The notes beneath the pieces were generated by a model. That model saw only the letters and a program-made list of their open reading frames with translations, ran no database searches and was not told the DNA's origin. The translations under genes and the position numbers were made by a program. DNA of 64,000 bases from a virus, in IMG/VR virus record IMGVR_UViG_3300042473_001368; one strand, 5' to 3'. Below, one piece after another: positions 57,894 to 64,000 of this stretch (position 1 is its first letter; every line of letters begins with the position of its first letter).

Positions 57894-60194
57894 TTAGCCA
57901 CCGATAATTTCACGGAAGTTGGTATCAGTTCTAGTTGCGACAAAGTTAAGAAGAATAAACTCACTTGCGCGTACAGGCTTGATGTAGAAGTCAACTACCA
58001 GTTCGTTATTATCAATAACTTGTGGTGTATTGTTTCTTTCATCGCACACAATCAAGTAATCATATACCCCTTCTGTGTTCTTAGCTCTATCAAAGATAGG
58101 TACAAGAGCATTAACAAGTCGCGTACGAGTAAATGTTGTGTTTGGTTCAAATACGAAGAACTGTGATAGTTTCTTAGAAGGTCTTTCGAGAGCTAAGAAC
58201 AATCTACGAACATTAATTCTGTCAAATGCACTAGGCTTACGGCTAAGTGTCTTTTGACCGTAGATAACATTGCCCTGAGCAGGGAAGAATGTTACTGGGT
58301 TAAGATTTACTTTGTAAAGCTCATCACGTTGTTTCTGATTTGGTGTTGAAGCAAGCTCAAGAGCATTTGTTACAAGACCATTTGTGAAACCAGCAGGTGC
58401 AATCCATGGATATCTAGCAGCGTCGTTTCTAGCTATTGCTGCAGCAGCAAAACCAGAGAATGGAGCCCATACTTGTTGGCCAGAGTATGAATCATATACT
58501 TTCGACCAGTTTGCATAAGCAGCAGCATATGATGTATTAGCTGTGCTGAACAAGTGTCTAAGTGCCCAGTAAATGTCTCTTTGATAGATTGAATTCTTAT
58601 TAGCTGCAATCTTGTTGTTTGTACCAGTTACGAAGATATGACGTAGTGGGTCAGCAACAAACATACAGTCACCACGACCACCGCCGATATAACCAGGTGA
58701 GCAGAAGTTTGCAAACTTGTTAAAGATTGTCATGTAGTTGTTACGAAGTGTAACACCATCGTTGCTCGGCGTACCTGTTGTTCTTAGACCAGATACTTGA
58801 GTTGATAGATTGCTGTTATAGTTAGTCTCGTCGTAGTATGCAGTTTGAGCACCAGAAGCAGCAGCGTAAATTGTACCTAGACCAGCTTCAACAACAAGAT
58901 CTAATTCATAGATATCGTCGTTGCGAACCGAATCAAGTGCACGGTCAAGCTTAGTTGGAATATCTCCAAGATCTTTTGTATTAGCTGCAACACCTGTATA
59001 AGCACCTAGAGGGTAAAGGTTATCAGCAAAACCTAGAGTAGCAACAAGCGAGTTAAGTGTACTTGTCGATACGCCTGAAGTTGTTTGATTATTGTTATCG
59101 ATAAGAGACTTAGTTAACACGCGAACCTTCTTAAGCGGAACACCATCTACACCAATCGAAGATGTACTAAGTCTGTTAGAGATAAAATCATTAACAAGAA
59201 CTGTAGTGTTACGTGAGTTTTCATCAGTGCTTTCTAGGAAATAACTAATAGCAGGACCGCCTTTTTCGTCATTGATAGTTTTGAAATAATCAATCGAACC
59301 AACTACTTTTTCGTCGAGAACATAATCAAGCTTGAATGCTTCAGTTGAGAAAAGCGATTTACGAAGCTTAAACACACCGATATTAAGTAAATCAGCATCT
59401 TGAGTTTCGCTTGGTTGATAATCAGTAAGATTCTCCATCACTTGCGAAATACTGTTCGAAGCACCATTAACTGCTGCAGTAAGTTGGAACTGAAGTGTAC
59501 CAGTTGGAACAGGAATGTATGTTGCTGTAGAAGTTAAGCTCGAGTTGAGTGTGTTAACACCTGTAATACTATTAAATGCCGTACCAGGGTTAAGATTGAA
59601 GTTATCACCAATACCGATATAGTAACCTTCGAACTGATCGTTAATCGCTGTTTGTGATTTATTGAGAACAACGACACCAGCTTTTCCAAGGTCGCCAAGA
59701 GTGCTAAAAGATGTGCTAGCAGAAGCAGACCATGTAAACGCAGATCCTTCAATAATTGACTGATACTGTGTGTCAGTAAGTTCCATGTGTGTAGGTGAAC
59801 CTAAGACATATGTACCTGCAGAAACGTTAAGCGTATTGGATGTAGCACTAGTAGAAGATGTAACAGTAGAAACTGGATATACAAGAGCGGAATACTTTGT
59901 TGTAAATCCGCTACCACTTCCAAGGCCATATGGCAATCTTGATGTATAAATGTTTGCTGGAGAGTTAAGAAGCTCTCTCACTGTGTGATAGAAGTATCTT
60001 TCTGCTGAGTTAGTAGGAGTACCGTAGATTAGCTCAAGTTCATCACGTGTTGTGATCTTAAGCACTTCATCTGATGGACCTTGATTTGCAAAGCCTGTTA
60101 CGAATACTGTTGTTCCAACATTGTTTGGAGCTACGAGTGATAAATCGCGCTCGCGAACTTCCACACCTGGTGACAAAATTGTTCTTGTTGACAT
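57894..60194 (-). CDS. gp18: Tail sheath protein
   Basis: SPGVEVRERD, GFANQGP, PWIAPAG, RDELYKVNLNP, YGQKT, FDRINVRRLF, FEPN. Confidence 0.97.
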   Translation of the reverse strand: MSTRTILSPGVEVRERDLSLVAPNNVGTTVFVTGFANQGPSDEVLKITTRDELELIYGTPTNSAERYFYHTVRELLNSPANIYTSRLPYGLGSGSGFTTKYSALVYPVSTVTSSTSATSNTLNVSAGTYVLGSPTHMELTDTQYQSIIEGSAFTWSASASTSFSTLGDLGKAGVVVLNKSQTAINDQFEGYYIGIGDNFNLNPGTAFNSITGVNTLNSSLTSTATYIPVPTGTLQFQLTAAVNGASNSISQVMENLTDYQPSETQDADLLNIGVFKLRKSLFSTEAFKLDYVLDEKVVGSIDYFKTINDEKGGPAISYFLESTDENSRNTTVLVNDFISNRLSTSSIGVDGVPLKKVRVLTKSLIDNNNQTTSGVSTSTLNSLVATLGFADNLYPLGAYTGVAANTKDLGDIPTKLDRALDSVRNDDIYELDLVVEAGLGTIYAAASGAQTAYYDETNYNSNLSTQVSGLRTTGTPSNDGVTLRNNYMTIFNKFANFCSPGYIGGGRGDCMFVADPLRHIFVTGTNNKIAANKNSIYQRDIYWALRHLFSTANTSYAAAYANWSKVYDSYSGQQVWAPFSGFAAAAIARNDAARYPWIAPAGFTNGLVTNALELASTPNQKQRDELYKVNLNPVTFFPAQGNVIYGQKTLSRKPSAFDRINVRRLFLALERPSKKLSQFFVFEPNTTFTRTRLVNALVPIFDRAKNTEGVYDYLIVCDERNNTPQVIDNNELVVDFYIKPVRASEFILLNFVATRTDTNFREIIGG

Positions 60195-60201
60195 ATATGA
60201 T

Positions 60202-60209
60202 TATTTATA
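60202..60209 (-). promoter_or_regulatory. T4 late promoter TATAAATA
   Basis: 7 nt upstream of the sheath ATG. Confidence 0.85.
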
Positions 60210-60228
60210 CGTCTTCAGATTTTTTTTG

Positions 60229-60810
60229 TCAGAACGCTAGCTTTTCAACATGCATCTGAGAATATACAAAGGTAAATCCACTAGTAATTTCACCAGATTC
60301 TTGATAATTGTAATCGATAGTATTAATTGATGTAGGAAACGCTTTTGTATACTTAAAAGCAATTTTTTTATTGTTGTATTCATCAAGACCATAAATGGTC
60401 ATATCAGTTTGATAATCACTAAAATTAGAATCAATTTGAATATTTTGAGCATTATATCTGCCCTCTGTTTGATCGTGAAGTAGGTTTAACCACTGATATA
60501 TCACCCAATAGTTATTGTATTCATTATCTATGTTAAATTTTACATTAACAGGCGGATATGAGTTTTTAGAATGTGAAGAAACATACAGTGTATTACCTGC
60601 ATATCTATTCTCAATTGCAGGTACAGTTATCTCAGGTACCATGCTACCAAATATCGAGAACTGAACAGCATCTGGTTTAACAGACCTACCATCTTCCTCG
60701 CTTCTTAGTGTATTTGAGAATGTCTTTAAGATTGGAGGTAAATCGAACACAAGTAGAAACTTATCAACTCGCGACTTATTTAAAATTGATTGTGGTAGTG
60801 TATTGACCAT
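60229..60810 (-). CDS. gp3: Tail tube terminator / completion protein
   Basis: VPEITVP...NVKFNIDNEYNNYWVIYQWL resembles the gp3 F.vDE.l.nw..iy.Wm pattern. Confidence 0.65.
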   Translation of the reverse strand: MVNTLPQSILNKSRVDKFLLVFDLPPILKTFSNTLRSEEDGRSVKPDAVQFSIFGSMVPEITVPAIENRYAGNTLYVSSHSKNSYPPVNVKFNIDNEYNNYWVIYQWLNLLHDQTEGRYNAQNIQIDSNFSDYQTDMTIYGLDEYNNKKIAFKYTKAFPTSINTIDYNYQESGEITSGFTFVYSQMHVEKLAF

Positions 60811-60816
60811 TGCTAT

Positions 60817-60824
60817 TATTTATA
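60817..60824 (-). promoter_or_regulatory. T4 late promoter TATAAATA overlapping the terminase stop
   Basis: 6 nt upstream of ATG 60810. Confidence 0.8.
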
Positions 60825-62520
60825 GTGACATCCATCCCTCTTGTTGTAACCATTCAATTTCGGCTAATTGCTCAGAATCTCCCATACCGAATACAACAGG
60901 TGATAAGAATGCGTTATTTTCTCCAATTACTTCAAAATCGTTATAAATTGAAGTAGGGTCTTCAAAAAGAGCCACACCATAATCAATAGGAGTAATCATA
61001 GCAGGTTTACCGTGTTCATCAACTTCAACAATGTCAAAGTATCTTTCGGTTATTTCTTTTTCAAGAACAAACAGTGCCCATAAGCATGACATAACTCTAT
61101 CATCATTATATCCTGATTTAGCCTTCCATATACCATTAGGGTGTCTGACAAAGTCCTTAAATTCCTTGAGTGTATCGATATCGCGGAATGTTACAGTTCT
61201 TAGCTCGTTTACAAAGTACCTCATGTTACGTACACCAGCACCCTTTGTATTAGTATGAGCTATCATACCCATCTGTGGCTTAGCTCTACCAGCTACTTTA
61301 GCTCCATATGATACAACCTTTGTATATCCAAGATCAAAAGCAAGTCTATCAACAACTTGAGCTCCGCAATTGTTTCGCTCGATGAGAGCAAGAGGCGACC
61401 CCCAGTTTTTGAGAATAGTATGAAGCTTATTAGAGAATTCGAGAGGTGGTATATGCCTATTATGATACACTGCTACTTGTGTAATATCTCTAAGATCTGT
61501 TATGTCAAATATCTGAATGACACTAGCATCAAGACCGACTCCTTCAGATATATCGACACCTGCAACATATACTTTTTCTGGATTCGGCTCTTCCCAGAGT
61601 TTGTAATTGCCTTCATCTAATATAATAGGCGCAGGCGTACATCTCTGTGACATATCAAGGAATAGCTCTTGGTCGATAGATGATTCACCAGTAGATAGGA
61701 ATTGACACTCAAACTCCTGCAACCAGTCTTCTGATGAACCAAGAGTTTTTCTTGTTGTCTCTGCCCACTTCTCATCTCGACCTGGTACTTCATGCCATAG
61801 AATCTTATCATGAGCCCATCCATTTTCTTCCTTCTCAGCACCATCATACAATTTATAAAACAAGTTATCTGTACCATTAGCCGTAGAGCACACGAATATC
61901 TTAGATTTTTTCGATGATGAAATAATAGGAAAAACAGATTTCCAGAACTCATCCATCAAGTGAGGCTCAATGTGACCCATCTCGTCAATAACAACAACGT
62001 TCACGGATTGACCCCTCGCTGCTGACCCTGTTGTAGTTGATATACCTATTCTACTACCATTATCTAGTGTCATCGATGTCTTACCATATTCTTTAACACC
62101 TGGCTTTAGCCACACTGGTAATTCTTCAAACGCTAATCGTACACGTTGAAAGATTTCTATCGCAGTAGCCTCTTTGTTAGCTACAAGTAGAATACGCTGG
62201 TCGTCATTAAAGCATGCTTGCCATAAAACATAGATTGTCATCATCGTTGATTTACCAATCTGTCTTGATGCTAACAAGATGAAGAATCTATTGTCTCTCA
62301 TCTTGCGTATAGCTCTCTTCTGACACGAATGCAATTTAATCTTCTCACGACCCCTATCTAGATTAATAATAAAGAAGAAGTTTTCAGCAAAGTAGAGAAT
62401 GTTTTCTCTAGCTTTTCTGAGCTCTTTTATCATCCATGGTTCGTACTCAAGTACCGTGTTAGCTGCTGGTAGGTTAGGATTTCCTAGATAGTATTCTGTT
62501 TTATCTGACTTTTTGGCCAT
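60820..62520 (-). CDS. gp17: Terminase large subunit
   Basis: YLGNPNL, ASRQIGKST Walker A, VVIDE Walker B, STANG, QEFEC, GVDISEG, DDRVM. Confidence 0.97.
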   Translation of the reverse strand: MAKKSDKTEYYLGNPNLPAANTVLEYEPWMIKELRKARENILYFAENFFFIINLDRGREKIKLHSCQKRAIRKMRDNRFFILLASRQIGKSTMMTIYVLWQACFNDDQRILLVANKEATAIEIFQRVRLAFEELPVWLKPGVKEYGKTSMTLDNGSRIGISTTTGSAARGQSVNVVVIDEMGHIEPHLMDEFWKSVFPIISSSKKSKIFVCSTANGTDNLFYKLYDGAEKEENGWAHDKILWHEVPGRDEKWAETTRKTLGSSEDWLQEFECQFLSTGESSIDQELFLDMSQRCTPAPIILDEGNYKLWEEPNPEKVYVAGVDISEGVGLDASVIQIFDITDLRDITQVAVYHNRHIPPLEFSNKLHTILKNWGSPLALIERNNCGAQVVDRLAFDLGYTKVVSYGAKVAGRAKPQMGMIAHTNTKGAGVRNMRYFVNELRTVTFRDIDTLKEFKDFVRHPNGIWKAKSGYNDDRVMSCLWALFVLEKEITERYFDIVEVDEHGKPAMITPIDYGVALFEDPTSIYNDFEVIGENNAFLSPVVFGMGDSEQLAEIEWLQQEGWMSL

Positions 62521-62524
62521 ATAG

Positions 62525-62532
62525 TATAAATA
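62525..62532 (+). promoter_or_regulatory. T4 late promoter TATAAATA
   Basis: 5 nt upstream of ATG 62538, in a 17-bp divergent intergenic space. Confidence 0.85.
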
Positions 62533-62537
62533 TACTT

Positions 62538-63425
62538 ATGTCAAAAAGAGACTTTTTTAAACTTGGTGAAATATATAGTAACCAGCTCAACAATATTAAA
62601 CACAAAATTGTAACTGAGCAAAAGCATCAGGGCAAAGTGAAACCTGGAGAAATCGGTGAAGCTCCTCTTATTAAAGGTGGTCCAGATTCTACAGAAGGAT
62701 ATGTTAAGGATCTCATTGATAAGAAGAACAAGAAGATCAAAGATGATAACCTTTATGATATCAACAATTTGTCACAAGATGAAACATCTGAAGAGACAGA
62801 AAAAGAAGCTAAGTCGAAGAAATTGACAACAGAATCACAAAAAATAGCGAGAAGAAGTATAAATAAATTTATGAGAAAAAAATCTTTGTTTGATAGACTC
62901 TACGAAAATGTTATGACCCCAGGTGCACCTGCTCCTGATATGGGTGGTGAAATGGATCAAGAACAAGAACTTGACGCTCTTGGCATTGAAGACGAAGGTC
63001 TTGAAGATGACCTAGGCGGCGAAGGTGATGAAGTTACATTCACTCTTGATCGCGCTACAGCACAAAAACTTCACGAAGTTCTTATGAGCGTTCTTGAAGG
63101 TGGCGAAGAAGACCTTGGTGACGAGGGTGACTTCGACATGGGCGACGAAAATGCAGATGACGACTTCGGTGGCGATGACTTCGGCGATGAAGACGAAGAA
63201 GAACTCGGTCACACTCTTGTCAATGCTAAACAAGTTGACATGGGTAAGAACAACAAAGTTGGTAACCTCAAAGTTAAATCAGGCGGTGCTAGCTCAGCAT
63301 ACACAAACAAAGTAGGTGACGATGGCGATCATGGTCATGCTCTTGTTAATGCTAAGCAACCAGATATGGGCAAAAATAACAAAGTTGGCAAGCTTAAAAC
63401 TGGCACATCTTTGTTTGAACAATAA
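62538..63425 (+). CDS. Acidic late protein, putative prohead core/internal protein
   Basis: 295 aa; IVTE, LTTE, LYE sites; D/E/G-rich middle; duplicated C-terminal 22-aa motif. Confidence 0.6.
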   Translation: MSKRDFFKLGEIYSNQLNNIKHKIVTEQKHQGKVKPGEIGEAPLIKGGPDSTEGYVKDLIDKKNKKIKDDNLYDINNLSQDETSEETEKEAKSKKLTTESQKIARRSINKFMRKKSLFDRLYENVMTPGAPAPDMGGEMDQEQELDALGIEDEGLEDDLGGEGDEVTFTLDRATAQKLHEVLMSVLEGGEEDLGDEGDFDMGDENADDDFGGDDFGDEDEEELGHTLVNAKQVDMGKNNKVGNLKVKSGGASSAYTNKVGDDGDHGHALVNAKQPDMGKNNKVGKLKTGTSLFEQ

Positions 63426-63452
63426 TTCTTAATTAAGACAAGGAATTGAGAG

Positions 63453-63483
63453 CGGGCTTAGTTGAAAGACTAAGCCCGTTTTT
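63453..63483 (+). terminator. Rho-independent terminator
   Basis: 10-bp stem CGGGCTTAGT/ACTAAGCCCG followed by TTTTT. Confidence 0.85.
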
Positions 63484-63484
63484 G

Positions 63485-63492
63485 TATAAATA
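63485..63492 (+). promoter_or_regulatory. T4 late promoter TATAAATA
   Basis: 5 nt upstream of ATG 63498. Confidence 0.85.
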
Positions 63493-63497
63493 ACAGT

Positions 63498-63836
63498 ATG
63501 ACTACCTTCAAGGAGTACTTTTTAACAGAATATGCAAAGAAAGAAAACGCACTACAAAGTCGTTTAGTGTCGTTAAAGTCTGGACCAAATGGTAAGTCGT
63601 TTGATAGAGTGCATATGAGAAAGAATCCAGGCACAGTAAGAAAAGAATATATACCAAAGCACACTATACCTAATGGTGTTGTATCTGGCCCGCAGCTCAT
63701 TAAGTTACTACAATCATATAAGATCGATTTCGCTCCAGGTAAAACAAAACACCTTGGTAACTCTTCATCCACCGTTCAAATGTATACAGGTGATGATGGT
63801 GTACAGTATGGCAAAGTGTCTACACTAAATAAGTAA
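63498..63836 (+). CDS. Basic late protein with T4 internal-protein-like N-terminus
   Basis: MTTFKEYFLTE closely resembles the T4 capsid-targeting sequence MKTYQEFIAE. Confidence 0.65.
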   Translation: MTTFKEYFLTEYAKKENALQSRLVSLKSGPNGKSFDRVHMRKNPGTVRKEYIPKHTIPNGVVSGPQLIKLLQSYKIDFAPGKTKHLGNSSSTVQMYTGDDGVQYGKVSTLNK

Positions 63837-63837
63837 T

Positions 63838-64000
63838 ATGGGATGTAATCCATCAAGAACTGATTGCACTATTGATAGTGTATTTGCTGGTGCAGCTAAC
63901 CTTAATTGTGGGCAGTTGCTTAACCCTGCGAATCTCATGGGTGAGCAGTTAGTATTTGATATGGCTTTTAGAGACCTAATTAACAATTTAGGTACACCAG
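63838..64000 (+). CDS. Partial ORF, possible neck/head-closure protein (gp14-like)
   Basis: MGCNPSRTDC...EQLVFDMAFRDLINNLGTP is open to the window end and resembles the gp14 EQ.l......e.I...G motif. Confidence 0.45.
   Translation, partial: MGCNPSRTDCTIDSVFAGAANLNCGQLLNPANLMGEQLVFDMAFRDLINNLGTP

Noticed and set aside
63470-63772. 100-aa - strand ORF
   Set aside because: Antisense to the promoter-supported ORF 63498-63836.
1-64000. Stop-codon reassignment, introns or inteins in core genes
   Set aside because: Polymerase, helicases, terminase, sheath and nuclease subunits are full-length and uninterrupted in the standard code.
1-64000. CRISPR array
   Set aside because: No regularly spaced identical repeats with unique spacers; all repeats found are coding low-complexity repeats.

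Overview
A 64 kb, AT-rich fragment of a large T4-like myophage (T4 superfamily) genome. No host can be assigned from this window. The left part (1.1-25.3 kb, mostly + strand) is the replication/recombination block: uvsY, uvsW, late sigma gp55, gp47/gp46, DNA polymerase gp43, uvsX, gp41 helicase, gp59-like, gp32, gp45-like clamp, RNase H and primase. It is interrupted by a GT-B glycosyltransferase, a cluster of QueC-like enzyme, Ntn glutamine amidotransferase, GT2 and macrodomain genes, a DHH phosphoesterase, and several small late genes. The right part (25.3-62.5 kb, mostly - strand) is the virion block: tail fibre and baseplate-associated proteins, gp6, gp25, gp53, hub proteins, tape measure, tube, sheath, gp3 and large terminase, plus clamp loader, dUTPase and a GIY-YIG homing endonuclease. 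Four patterns stand out. (1) A late-promoter-driven glycosyltransferase with polypeptide GalNAc-transferase-like motifs lies in the same block as a mucin-like Thr/Pro/Cys-rich virion protein, suggesting phage-encoded virion O-glycosylation. (2) A QueC variant lacks its Zn-binding cysteines and sits near a free-standing amidotransferase. (3) About nine dispersed late genes carry T4 capsid-targeting-like N-termini. (4) About 25 late and 8 sigma70-type promoters sit 5-9 nt before start codons, implying largely leaderless mRNAs. All product calls come from motif recognition and synteny; no database search was run.
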